From an uncultured Rubrobacteraceae bacterium (GTDB taxonomy: Bacteria > Actinomycetota > Rubrobacteria > Rubrobacterales > Rubrobacteraceae): 64,000 nt of DNA. A program made the position numbers and the translations under genes. The notes under the pieces are model-generated. The model saw only the letters and a list, made by a program, of their open reading frames with translations, was not told the DNA's origin and did no database searches. Below are positions 55,160 through 63,960 of the stretch, piece after piece (the stretch's first letter is position 1; each line of letters opens with the position of its first letter). Location: assembly GCA_902806065.1 (NCBI GenBank), contig CADCVE010000089.1, forward strand, positions 5,295 to 69,294, written 5' to 3'.

Positions 55160-55976
55160 GAGATCCTCTTCGGGGTCCTCCCCAGCCGGACCGGCCCTCC
55201 GGCTCGACGATCAGATCTGCGCGCACTGCGGCCGGGATCTGGAGGCCGAGTACTTCGAGTTTCCGCCCGCTCTGCAGCGCAAGTACGAGAAGTCCGGCGA
55301 GTGGTACTACCATCCCTGCACGCCCGAGTGCGAGAAGAAGAACGAGCAGCGTGAGTGGGAGCTCATGCGCCGGGACGCGCGCGTGGAGTCTCTCATGGAG
55401 AAGAGCGGCCTCTCCAAACGCCTCAGGCGCTATACCTTCGCCAACTTCAAGCCCTACGTGAGCTCCGGGACGGCCAGGGCCGTGGAGAGGGTCGAGGATT
55501 ACCTCGGGCGCTGGGAGGAGAACAGAGCGGCGGGCCGGGGTCTGTACCTGTGTGGCGATGTAGGAACGGGCAAAACGCATCTAGCGGTTGCGGTCTTGAA
55601 CGAGCTCGTGCGCAGGAAAAAGGTGCCGTCGCTCTTCGTGACCGTACCGGAGCTTTTGGACAACCTGCGCGAGACTTACAACAAGCCGGGCCGCAACCTC
55701 GACGAGTGGATGGACGCCGTCCAGAACGCGGATTTCCTGCTCCTCGACGACCTTGGGAGTGAGCGGCCCACCGAGTGGGTACGGGAGCGCATCTTCGTCA
55801 TAGTGAATCATCGATACCGGGACGAGTTACCGACTGTGTTTACCTCCAACATAGGCCCCAAGGATCTAGCTACGCAACTTGGGGAGAGGACGGCCAGCCG
55901 GATCATCGCGATGTGCGACTGGATCGGTCTCGAAGGCCAGGACTACCGGGAGACCGCCGCGAGGGAAGGACGCTAG
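55095..55976 (+). CDS. DnaC/DnaI/IstB-like AAA+ helicase-loader-type ATPase with an N-terminal Cys4 motif
   Basis: CAHCGRDL...HPCTPEC, then GLYLCGDVGTGKTHLAVAV (Walker A), FLLLDDLGSERPTEW (Walker B) and PTVFTSN. The strong SD GGAGAGGAGG places the start 65 nt inside the DnaD-like gene. Confidence 0.8.
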   Translation: MERIDRLLPDAGKAMSGSSASRRSSSGSSPAGPALRLDDQICAHCGRDLEAEYFEFPPALQRKYEKSGEWYYHPCTPECEKKNEQREWELMRRDARVESLMEKSGLSKRLRRYTFANFKPYVSSGTARAVERVEDYLGRWEENRAAGRGLYLCGDVGTGKTHLAVAVLNELVRRKKVPSLFVTVPELLDNLRETYNKPGRNLDEWMDAVQNADFLLLDDLGSERPTEWVRERIFVIVNHRYRDELPTVFTSNIGPKDLATQLGERTASRIIAMCDWIGLEGQDYRETAAREGR

Positions 55977-55978
55977 TA

Positions 55979-56737
55979 GTGCGCGACGAGTTCATGATTA
56001 TGCGCCAGGGCAAACAATACGTGCTTTATCAGGGTCTCCTGGACGAGGCTCATGCCCGGGGCCTGCGCGGCATAGACACCGAACTCGTTCAGGTTCCAAC
56101 CGTCGAAAACGGCAACGTGGCCCTGGTCAAGGCCGTGGTTGAGATGGAGGCAGCCGAAGGCTCAGAGGGAACTCGAACCTTCTCCGGCATCGGTGACGCT
56201 TCCCCCGAGAACGTCGGCCGCAACATAGTCCCGCATATTATTCGCATGGCTGAAACCAGAGCGAAGGCACGCGCCCTGCGCGATGCTGTAAACGTCGGCG
56301 CCACCGCCCTCGAAGAACTCTCCGACGGCGACGAGGGCTCCGCCGCGCCCGCAGGTTATCCGCCGCCGCGCGGTCTCCAGGGCGCCGGAAAGGCCGCGGC
56401 CCCGCGAGGCGCCGGCGGTAGCTCGCAACCCGCACGTCCACGAGCCGTCGAGGATTCCGAGGAGCCGGTCACGAACGGGAGAACAGAGGCGCCGCGCGAG
56501 ACTTCACAAGAGGCTCCTTCGCAGGGAAGTAGTAGTTCGCGAAGGGGAGCGGGTGGCTCTTCTCAGAAGGCTAGAAAGAGCCAGATCGACTTGCTCCGAA
56601 CCCTCGCCGAGGAGCTTCGAGGTGAGAGCGGCGTCGCCCGTCTGGAGAGCCGCATCGGCAAGTCCCTGGCTGAGCTTTCCCGAGCCGAAGCCGACGAGTG
56701 GATCGACCGCCTCACGCCCGCCGAAGGTCGCGAATAA
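55979..56737 (+). CDS. Hypothetical protein; N-terminal half resembles Rad52/Sak-type single-strand annealing proteins (tentative)
   Basis: YVLYQGLLDEAHARGLRGIDTELV...VALVKAVVEM...RTFSGIGDASPENV...IRMAETRAKARALRDAVNVG has the beta-beta-beta-alpha pattern with a ...AET.A..RALR..G.G helix. This rests on recollection only. A low-complexity linker follows, then KSQIDLLRTLAEEL...LSRAEADEWIDRL. Confidence 0.45.
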   Translation: MRDEFMIMRQGKQYVLYQGLLDEAHARGLRGIDTELVQVPTVENGNVALVKAVVEMEAAEGSEGTRTFSGIGDASPENVGRNIVPHIIRMAETRAKARALRDAVNVGATALEELSDGDEGSAAPAGYPPPRGLQGAGKAAAPRGAGGSSQPARPRAVEDSEEPVTNGRTEAPRETSQEAPSQGSSSSRRGAGGSSQKARKSQIDLLRTLAEELRGESGVARLESRIGKSLAELSRAEADEWIDRLTPAEGRE

Positions 56738-57246
56738 CAAGGGGAACACCAGCGGCAACCGCTTCTGGAGCCGCACGCCGATTCGTTCCGGCTCTGCTAC
56801 TCGCCCTGCTGCTCTTAGCCGGCTCGATCGGCTGCGGCATCCTGCCCACGCCGGGTACCGCACAGCCGCCGCCTTCGGGCTCGCTGGTCGTGAGCTTCAT
56901 AGATGTGGGTCAGGGCGATGGGGTACTTGTTCAGTCAGGTGGCAAGAGCTACCTGCTCGACGCCGGGAAGTCCCAGGCCGGACCCAAGATGGTGGATTTC
57001 TTGAGGAGCCGGGGCGTGGAGTCCCTCGACGGCATAGTCGTAAGCAACCCGGACGCCGACCACATCGGCGGTTTCCTCGACGTTTTCGATGCCTTTGAGG
57101 TTTCGACCGTTTATGTCTCCGGGGATCCAAAAGGAACCGCGACCTATAACTCGTTCCTGCGCGCGGTCCGGGACGAGGGCTCCGAGGTGGTCGAGTCCCG
57201 GGCCGGGATGCAAATGGAGTGGGGGAGCACGCACGCGGATGCGTGA
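56698..57246 (+). pseudogene. ComEC-type MBL-fold hydrolase (secreted/lipoprotein), 3'-truncated at the 37-bp repeat
   Basis: FIDVGQGDGVLVQSGGKSYLLDAG...VVSNPDADHIGG is the N-terminal half of the MBL fold. The ORF stops at 182 aa, before the expected ...GDAE...KVGHHGS motifs. The last codons lie inside repeat copy A. Confidence 0.6.
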
Positions 57247-57267
57247 GTCCGAAAACACCCAGCCACT
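57231..57267 (+). repeat. 37-bp repeat, copy A (GCACGCGGATGCGTGAGTCCGAAAACACCCAGCCACT)
   Basis: 31 of 37 positions identical to copy B at 63551-63587, same orientation, all differences transitions. It supplies the last codons and stop of a truncated gene. Confidence 0.75.
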
Positions 57268-57535
57268 GGGGCTGCGGTTTCGCGCCCTGCTGACCGAAGG
57301 TGAACCGGATCTACGCATCGAGCGGGCGTTGGGGTAGCGCTCGACGAGAAAACAGCATGGTAGCAGTAGACGCTAAACCGGGGCGAACATAAGCAAACAG
57401 CGCGACGAATCCCCTTTCCAATAACTGAACTTCGCACGCCAGCTTTCGCCTGTGCATTAGTCACTCTTACAACACGCCCAAGATCGGCTTCTCCGCCACG
57501 TTGGGCGAGGAGACGGAGGTCGAGGTGGCGGTGTT

Positions 57536-57703
57536 CTAGCGATTGTACGCTTTTGCCCTGCTCACTGAATCGCGTGCATAGGTCTCTGTCTTCCTGGGTT
57601 CCTTCTCCAACACCAAGAGCCGCGAACTCGGGCGACGCCGCAGTAGGGCCCTGGCGGTCGAGAGCCTCACGATGCCGCCGCCGATTACGACGAAATCGTG
57701 CAT
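57536..57703 (-). pseudogene. N-terminal 55-codon remnant of an FAD-dependent oxidoreductase (L-2-hydroxyglutarate oxidase-like)
   Basis: Minus-strand translation MHDFVVIGGGIVRLSTARALLRRRPSSRLLVLEKE... is a Rossmann GxGxxG dinucleotide-binding start with the third Gly replaced by Arg. It then degenerates and stops. Confidence 0.5.
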
Positions 57704-57724
57704 AATCGCGCTCTTCGCCGCTTC

Positions 57725-58480
57725 CTAAAGGACGCCGCCGTCAATGATCAGCTCCTGCCCCGTCATGTAGGAGGAGGCGTCGGAGGCGAGGTACAGGATG
57801 CCGGGGGCGATCTCTTCGGGTGTCCCTTGACGCCCGAGGGGCACTACCTGCTGCACCATCGTTTCCTGGTTCTCGCGCCCGCCCATGAACTCGATTGCGG
57901 GCTCGTTGAAGGGGGTGTCGACCCAGCCCGGGCACACGCAGTTGGCGCGTATGTTGTCCGAAGCGAGCTCCGCGGCCAAGGCTCTGGTGAACGCGATAAT
58001 CGCCCCCTTGGAGGCGGAGTAGGCGGTCATACCGGGGCCGCCCTTGAGGCCGGCGAGCGAGGAGACGTTCACGATGGAGCCACCCCCCCTCTCCCTGAGA
58101 TACGGCACCCCGTACTTGGCGCCCAGGAAGCAGGACCGTGGGTTCACGCGCATGAGCAGATCCCACTCCGATTCGTCGAAGTCGGTGACCGCACCGGAGC
58201 GCTGGGCGCCGGCGTTGTTGACTATGACGTCGATGCCACCCAGCTCATCGGCCGCCGCCTCCATAAGCGCCCGCATGTCCTCGGCTTCGGACACGTCGGT
58301 CCTCACGAACCGGGCCTCGCCGTTCGCGTCCTCGATCTCCACGACCGTATTTTGGGCATCGTCTTCGTTCAGGTCTGCGACGACAACCCGGGCTCCTTCC
58401 CGCGCGAAGAGCAACGCCGTCTCCCGCCCGATGTTCGTCGCGGCCCCTGTGATGATCGCCACCTTGCCCTCCAGTTGCAT
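57725..58480 (-). CDS. SDR-family oxidoreductase (FabG / glucose-1-dehydrogenase-like)
   Basis: TGAATNIGRE...NNAGA...YSASKGA...PGWVDT. Confidence 0.85.
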   Translation of the reverse strand: MQLEGKVAIITGAATNIGRETALLFAREGARVVVADLNEDDAQNTVVEIEDANGEARFVRTDVSEAEDMRALMEAAADELGGIDVIVNNAGAQRSGAVTDFDESEWDLLMRVNPRSCFLGAKYGVPYLRERGGGSIVNVSSLAGLKGGPGMTAYSASKGAIIAFTRALAAELASDNIRANCVCPGWVDTPFNEPAIEFMGGRENQETMVQQVVPLGRQGTPEEIAPGILYLASDASSYMTGQELIIDGGVL

Positions 58481-58495
58481 CTTTCTACCTCCAAA

Positions 58496-58906
58496 TTAGA
58501 CTTGGGGAAGGGCCGCCACGGCCGCGGCGGCCACCTGGTCGTCCTGCTCGACGAGACCTCCCGCTGAGCCCACCGCGCCCGCGATCTGGTCTCCGACAAA
58601 GAGCGGCTTGCCGCCGGCAAAGGCCACCAAGGGCCGTCTGTGGCTCGTCTCGAGCCCGGCGAGGGGTTGCCCGGGTGCGGTCATGGCGGCGAGGGCACCC
58701 GTGTCCATCTGCATCGAGCAGGCCGTGTACGCCTTGGATATCGAGATCTCGATGCTCGCCAGTAGGGCGCCGGTTTGCCGGGCGAAGGCAACGAGCTCGC
58801 GGCCCTCGTCCACGACCGCGACGCTCGACGGGACGCCGATCTCGTCGGCCTTCCTTAGCGCCGCCTGAAGAACGTTCTGCGCCTGCTCGTAAGTTAGCGC
58901 GGCCAT
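58496..58906 (-). CDS. GlcG/HbpS-like (DUF336) haem-binding protein
   Basis: LTYEQAQNVLQAALRKADEIGVPSSVAVVDEGRELVAFARQTGALLASIEISISKAYTA...GAVGSAG. ATG 58906 follows AAAGGAGG. Confidence 0.75.
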   Translation of the reverse strand: MAALTYEQAQNVLQAALRKADEIGVPSSVAVVDEGRELVAFARQTGALLASIEISISKAYTACSMQMDTGALAAMTAPGQPLAGLETSHRRPLVAFAGGKPLFVGDQIAGAVGSAGGLVEQDDQVAAAAVAALPQV

Positions 58907-59119
58907 CCTGGTACCTCCTTTTCGGTCCTTCCCCTTTGCCCGAGACTGCTCCCCGAGCCTCACCACCCCCATTATCGAAGAAGCGTGGAGCCCGACGCAA
59001 CCCGTACGTCGTTCGCATCGGGCTTGACCCGGACCGCGGGCTCGTATATTTTGCATCTCCGGTAACGATTGCTGCGTGGGACAGCGGGACCATCATCGCG
59101 AAGGAGGAGGTCGGGGTCT

Positions 59120-60196
59120 ATGGTTGTGGTGCAGGTCGAGTGGTTGGCGGGCCGCAGCCCAAAACAGAAAGAGGCACTGGTCGCGGAGATCACCGACGCC
59201 CTGAAACGCATCGGTGGTGCTGAGCAGGAGAACGTCCACGTCGTGCTGCACGACATCCCCCCGTCGAACTGGGGACGGGCCGGCGAACTCGTCGAGCCGC
59301 CGCACGAGGGATCCCAGGAGGATTCGACGGGAGACGCAGCCGCCGGGATCAAAACGGCGGACGGTAGGGGGGAGGAGCCCGCCGCCCGAGCGACGTTGCC
59401 AGACCTAGACGGAGCGGCGCGGGTCTTCGACCTAGAGCAGCCGCGCGAGGAGGGCATGCCCGTCTTCCCCGCCCACCGCCCAGGCTACTCGTACCTGCTG
59501 CACCGCCACCACGAGGACGAGTACGCGGACACCAAGCCGCGCACCAGTGCCTCCGGCGTCATCATTTGCATGGAGCACACCGGCACCCACATAGACGCCC
59601 TCTGCCACCAGGCCGACGACCTGACTCTCCACGGCGGCGTACCTGTCGAGGATGTACAGACGGGCAAGGGCTTCACCCGGCTCGGCGTGGAGGAGGTCCC
59701 GCCGATAATCGCGTCCGGCGTGCTGCTGGACGTGCCGGCGAGCAAAGGCGTCGAGGATCTGGAGCAGGGCTACGCCGTGACCGACGCGGACCTCGAAGAG
59801 TGTTGCGGAAGGCAGAACGTGACCGTGGAGCCCGGCAGCGTGGCGCTGATAAGGACCGGCAACGCCAATCGCTACTGGGAAGACCCCGAAGGATATCTAG
59901 CCGGCCCCGGCATGGCGGCGAGCGCATCCTATTGGCTTGCAGAGAAAGGGGTCGTGGCCGTGGGCGCGGACAACATGGCGTGGGACGTCATCGGGGCGGA
60001 GGATCCGGACCTTGGGGTGATTCTACCGGGGCACCTGATCCTGCTCGCCAGAAACGGCATCCACATAATAGAGAACCTCCAATTGGAGGAGCTCGCCGCC
60101 GCCAGCCAACACCGCTTCTCCTTCTTCTGCACGCCGTTGAAGTTCGTCGGGGCGACGGGTTCTCCGGTCAGGCCCCTAGCGATCGTGTCCGGATGA
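59120..60196 (+). CDS. Fusion of a 4-oxalocrotonate-tautomerase-like domain (no Pro-1) and a cyclase/kynurenine-formamidase-family domain
   Basis: The N-terminus MVVVQVEWLAGRSPKQKEALVAEITDALKRIGGAEQENVHVVLHDIPPSNWGRAGEL is a 4-OT fold. A ~55-aa linker follows. The cyclase part has CMEHTGTHIDALCH...VGADNMAWD. ATG 59120 follows GAAGGAGGAGG. Confidence 0.7.
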   Translation: MVVVQVEWLAGRSPKQKEALVAEITDALKRIGGAEQENVHVVLHDIPPSNWGRAGELVEPPHEGSQEDSTGDAAAGIKTADGRGEEPAARATLPDLDGAARVFDLEQPREEGMPVFPAHRPGYSYLLHRHHEDEYADTKPRTSASGVIICMEHTGTHIDALCHQADDLTLHGGVPVEDVQTGKGFTRLGVEEVPPIIASGVLLDVPASKGVEDLEQGYAVTDADLEECCGRQNVTVEPGSVALIRTGNANRYWEDPEGYLAGPGMAASASYWLAEKGVVAVGADNMAWDVIGAEDPDLGVILPGHLILLARNGIHIIENLQLEELAAASQHRFSFFCTPLKFVGATGSPVRPLAIVSG

Positions 60197-60284
60197 GCAG
60201 TGGCCAAAGAAGCGACATTGAAGGGGGCGCGTAGCCAGGAAACGGCTTAAGATTTGCCGGGAGAAGCGGGAAAGGAGGCACACA

Positions 60285-60950
60285 GTGGAGACTACGAGCG
60301 GGAGCGACACGACGGGGTTCACGTTCTTTTTCCTGAACGAAGCGGATACGGTCGAGGCCATGGCGGGCCGGATCGTTCCCGGAAACGAAGAAGACCCGGG
60401 CGCCCGAGAAGCGGGGGTCGTGCACTACATAGACAGGGCCTTGGCGGGCCCCTACTTCGGTTGGCAGGCGGCCTACCGGGAGGGTGTGCGCACGCTCAAC
60501 GCATACACCACAGAAAGGTACGGCAAGAAGTTCTTCGAGCTTGAAGAGGAGGCTCAGGACGACGTCGTCGGCGCCTTGGAGAGGGGAGAGATCCCCGGCT
60601 TTGGCGAGGGATCGGAGGCCGGGAAATTCTTCACGACGGTGTGGGCCCACACCGTGGAAGGGATGTTCAGCGACCCGGCCTACGGCGGCAACCGCGACAC
60701 CGTCGGTTGGAAGCTCGTAGGGTTCCCCGGCGCGCAGTACGGCTACAGCGCCGAGGAGATGCGCTACGGCAAGGACCTCTCCGAGAAGCCGCTCATGACG
60801 TTGGGGAACATCCAGAAACTCGCCCGCGAGAAGCCGGAGCTGTTCTATCGCCGACCGGGACCGGACCCGTCGGTCCCCGCAGAAGAGACACCGGAGATGC
60901 CGACGCGACCCGGAGAGCCCGAGAAACCGCCAGGGGGAGGCGGAGCTTAA
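60285..60950 (+). CDS. Gluconate 2-dehydrogenase subunit 3-family protein
   Basis: FFFLNEADTVEAMAGRIVPGNEEDPGAREAGVVHYIDRAL...FSDPAYGGNRDTVGWKLVGFPG. Confidence 0.75.
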   Translation: METTSGSDTTGFTFFFLNEADTVEAMAGRIVPGNEEDPGAREAGVVHYIDRALAGPYFGWQAAYREGVRTLNAYTTERYGKKFFELEEEAQDDVVGALERGEIPGFGEGSEAGKFFTTVWAHTVEGMFSDPAYGGNRDTVGWKLVGFPGAQYGYSAEEMRYGKDLSEKPLMTLGNIQKLAREKPELFYRRPGPDPSVPAEETPEMPTRPGEPEKPPGGGGA

Positions 60951-60977
60951 AGAACTGAAGTAGGAAGGAAAGAGGAA

Positions 60978-62678
60978 ATGGCGAACAACAAGCACGCCGA
61001 CATCGTAATCGTCGGGATGGGCGCGGTCGGTGCGATCCTGGCGCGGGAACTCGCCGAGGCCGGCTTCACGGTCCTTGGCATGGAGAAAGGCCCCTACTAC
61101 CGCTCGGACGACTTCTGGACGAAGTTCGACGAGCTGCGCTACTCCACCCGCAGCGAGATGTCACCGACCATGGACACGGACCCCGTGACCTGGCGGCCGA
61201 GCGCCGGCACCCCGGCCCAGGTTCTGCCGTGGGCCGTGGGCCCACAGCCGCTCAACCCGCTGTGGATGCCGCCATCCGTCGGTGTCGGCGGCGGCTCCAT
61301 CCACTGGGCCGGCTGGGCATGGCGCCAGCTCGAAGAGGACTTCCGCCAGCGCTCGGAGTGGGCCGAGCGCCACGGCGAGGAGGCGTTCCCGGAGGGCTCT
61401 CGCGTGGTCGATTGGCCGATTAGCTACGATGACCTCGAGCCCTACTACGACCGCGTGGAGTACGAGACCGGGGTCTCCGGCAAAGCCGGCAATCTGGACG
61501 GCGAGTTGCAGGATGGAGGCAACCCCTTCGAGGCGCCGAGAAAGCGCCCCTACCCCTTCCCGCCACTGCGCCCCAGCGCCTCCAACCAGCTCTTCGTGGA
61601 CGCCTGCAAGGGTTTAGGCTACCATCCCTTCGCCCCCCCGGTCGCGATCATCAGCGAGGACTGGGGCGAACGCAAGGCGTGCGTCTACTGCGGGTTCTGC
61701 CGGGACTACGGCTGCCACGTGGGTGCCAAGACCAACACGCTCGACACGATGATGCCCCGTGCGCTTGCGACCGGCAACCTCGAGCTCTTGACCAACTGCC
61801 GTGTCCAGCGCGTCAACGTCGACGCCCAAGGCCTCGCCCGCTCCGTGAGCTACACAGACGCCAAAGGCGAGCGGCACGAGGTCAGCGGGGACCTCGTGAT
61901 CCTCTCAGCCTACTCCCTTGAGAACACCCGCCTGATGCTCGTCTCCGGGCTCAACCGCAACGGCATGGTCGGCAAGCGGTTTATGATCCACAATTACAAT
62001 TGGTTCAGTGGGACACTCCCCAAAGAGACGCACGCCTACGCCGGGCCGGCCGCCGCCGGTTGGGCCATAGACGACACCAACCCCTACGCCGAGGACCGCG
62101 ACGGTGCGAACTTCCTCGGCGGGACGCCCCTAATGTACTTCAGCGGCGACGTCCAGCCCATCGAGGCCGCGACCGTCCTCATGCCCCCGGACGTGCCGAT
62201 GTGGGGCAAGAGGTACAAGGAGTGGCTCAGGCACGGCTACCGACGCCTCTTCGGGATGTACTCGCAGATGGCCACACTGCCGTCCGAGGCCAACTTCGTG
62301 GACCTCGACCCGAAGGTCAAGGATCCTTGGGGCCAGCCCGCCTTGAGGATCACCCACGACTGGTACGACAATGACCGCAAGGCCGCCCTCTGGATTCGCC
62401 AGGTCAAGCACGGCATCGCTCGCGAGATGGGGGCCGAAAAGACGTGGGAGGCGCCACTCCTGCCGCCCTACCACGTCACCACCCACGATATGGGCACCCA
62501 TGTAATGGGCGAGGATCCGGGCGAGTCGGTGGTAGATCCTTACTGCCGGTCGCACGAAGTGCCAAACCTCTTCCTCGTGGGTGGCGGGGCCTTCCCGACG
62601 TACAACGGCTACAACCCGACGCTGACTATCCAAGCGATCACCTTCTGGGTAGCCGACCACATAAAGCGAGAGACCTAA
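60978..62678 (+). CDS. GMC-family FAD-dependent oxidoreductase (large subunit of the preceding gene's complex)
   Basis: DIVIVGMGAVGAILARELAEAGFTVLGMEKG...GVGGGSIHW...THDMGTHVMGEDPGESVVDPYCRSHEVPNLFLVGGGAFPT. Confidence 0.85.
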   Translation: MANNKHADIVIVGMGAVGAILARELAEAGFTVLGMEKGPYYRSDDFWTKFDELRYSTRSEMSPTMDTDPVTWRPSAGTPAQVLPWAVGPQPLNPLWMPPSVGVGGGSIHWAGWAWRQLEEDFRQRSEWAERHGEEAFPEGSRVVDWPISYDDLEPYYDRVEYETGVSGKAGNLDGELQDGGNPFEAPRKRPYPFPPLRPSASNQLFVDACKGLGYHPFAPPVAIISEDWGERKACVYCGFCRDYGCHVGAKTNTLDTMMPRALATGNLELLTNCRVQRVNVDAQGLARSVSYTDAKGERHEVSGDLVILSAYSLENTRLMLVSGLNRNGMVGKRFMIHNYNWFSGTLPKETHAYAGPAAAGWAIDDTNPYAEDRDGANFLGGTPLMYFSGDVQPIEAATVLMPPDVPMWGKRYKEWLRHGYRRLFGMYSQMATLPSEANFVDLDPKVKDPWGQPALRITHDWYDNDRKAALWIRQVKHGIAREMGAEKTWEAPLLPPYHVTTHDMGTHVMGEDPGESVVDPYCRSHEVPNLFLVGGGAFPTYNGYNPTLTIQAITFWVADHIKRET

Positions 62679-63002
62679 GATGGCGGCTCCTTGACCCGCT
62701 TCGCCGCCAAGGAGCGTGTTGCCGGCTGAGGGGACCCCCGCTCCGAAACCGGACCGTCCTATGCTGGGTGGGAGACGCTCGAACGCTCGTATGCTTCTAC
62801 GAAGGCTCGCCGTTCAGGAAGTGGTAAGAGATGTCTCGGGCCCCCACCAACCAGCAGTACGCGGAAGCGCAACCCCGTCGCCGGCAGTGCGGAGTTACGT
62901 AGAACGTAGGCTGATCGGCCTCGAGATCTTCAGTACCGTTACGCGAGAAGTGCTCAGAGCGGAGAACGCCAGTAGGGACAGAACGATCAGTAGGCGGTTA
63001 GC

Positions 63003-63566
63003 ATCATCGCAGTAGCAGGCACCGCCCGCGTTCCGGCATCTCGGCCACCCGGTGGCCGAGATGCCGGAACGCGGGCGACTAGCGGCGGTCGACCGCATCG
63101 AGGTGAACGTGGGCGGGGCGGTGGCTAACACGGGCATGGCGCTGGCGTGGCTGGGCGTGCCCGCGGGCGTCTAGGCTGTGTCGGCAAGGACCCCTTCGGA
63201 CGGATCGTGGTGGAAGAGCTTTCGGGCTGGGCCCAGAACCTTTGGATCCAAGAGGACGAAAACCGTTCGACGTCCGCTACCTTGGTGCTCGTCCACCCCG
63301 ACGGGGAGCACACCTTCATCTCCGCGGTGGGAGCCAGCGCCGGCTTCGGGGAGGAACACCTGCCATGGGAGGCGCTGGTCGAGGCGGGAACCCGCGCCAT
63401 ACACGTAGGCTACGCCCTCCTGCTCCCCGGCCTGGACGGCGCACCGATGGTCCGAGCCCTGCAGAAGGCACGGGCGCTCGGGCTCCTCGTCTCCCTGGAC
63501 GTGACTTGGCTTCCTGCGGCCAGTTGGGGGGACGTCTTCGCTTTGCTGCCGCACGTGGATGTGTGA
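63003..63566 (+). pseudogene. PfkB/ribokinase-family carbohydrate kinase, multiply disrupted
   Basis: Three frames are needed. IIAVAGT... runs from 63003. PVAEMPERGRLAAVDRIEVNVGGAVANTGMALAWLGVPAGV stops at TAG 63172-63174. GCVGKDPFGRIVVEEL...LVHPDGEHTFIS...IHVGYALLLPGLDG... is track ORF 63147-63566. The gene ends prematurely inside repeat copy B, before the C-terminal kinase motifs. Confidence 0.6.
63023..63077. repeat. Perfect 27-bp inverted repeat (CGCCCGCGTTCCGGCATCTCGGCCACC - c - GGTGGCCGAGATGCCGGAACGCGGGCG)
   Basis: Read directly. The right arm is kinase coding sequence (PVAEMPERG). The left arm is its exact reverse complement. Confidence 0.9.
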
Positions 63567-63587
63567 GTTCAGAAACACCCAGCCGCT
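63551..63587 (+). repeat. 37-bp repeat, copy B (GCACGTGGATGTGTGAGTTCAGAAACACCCAGCCGCT)
   Basis: See copy A. It supplies the last codons and stop of the truncated PfkB pseudogene. Confidence 0.75.
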
Positions 63588-63690
63588 CCAACTCGCCTTC
63601 CGGGGCAGAATCGCGGACGGGGGCGCTACGGTAGAACTGGTGTGGGAATGACGACGAAGAAGCGGTGCGGATTACACTAACGGTTGTCGG

Positions 63691-63960
63691 CTAGAGAGAG
63701 AACCCTCTCAGGGAGACGGGCTCCTCGTTCCCGTCCACGATCCTCCCCGGCGCCGTCAGGTGGCTCGCGATGCGCTCGTGAAACTCATAGGGAACCAACG
63801 GGGTTAGGCCGCCAGCTTTGCCCAACTCTATAGGTCCTCCCTCAACGGTGTACCATTCGTAGGCCCCAGCGTACCTAACCGCTACCTGGAGGCCCTCCGA
63901 TTTGGTAGGGCATGTGGCTACTTCCAGGTCCCCCGTTATGGCGCCTACGTCTTTGGTCAT
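63691..63960 (-). CDS. Hypothetical 89-aa protein
   Basis: ATG is preceded by GGGGGAG. Composition is protein-like. No family recognised. Confidence 0.45.
   Translation of the reverse strand: MTKDVGAITGDLEVATCPTKSEGLQVAVRYAGAYEWYTVEGGPIELGKAGGLTPLVPYEFHERIASHLTAPGRIVDGNEEPVSLRGFSL

Noticed and set aside
57250-57535. A search for a transposase or a matching inverted terminal repeat after repeat copy A, and likewise after copy B at 63588-63690.
   Set aside because: No coding potential or inverted copy was found, so no intact mobile element can be called.
62680-63000. Possible gene remnants or a terminator after the GMC oxidoreductase (hairpin GCTCCTTG...CAAGGAGC at about 62687-62716, and short TM-like minus-strand ORF 62895-63137).
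   Set aside because: The hairpin lacks a U-tract. The ORFs show no recognisable motifs, so I treat this as decayed intergenic DNA.
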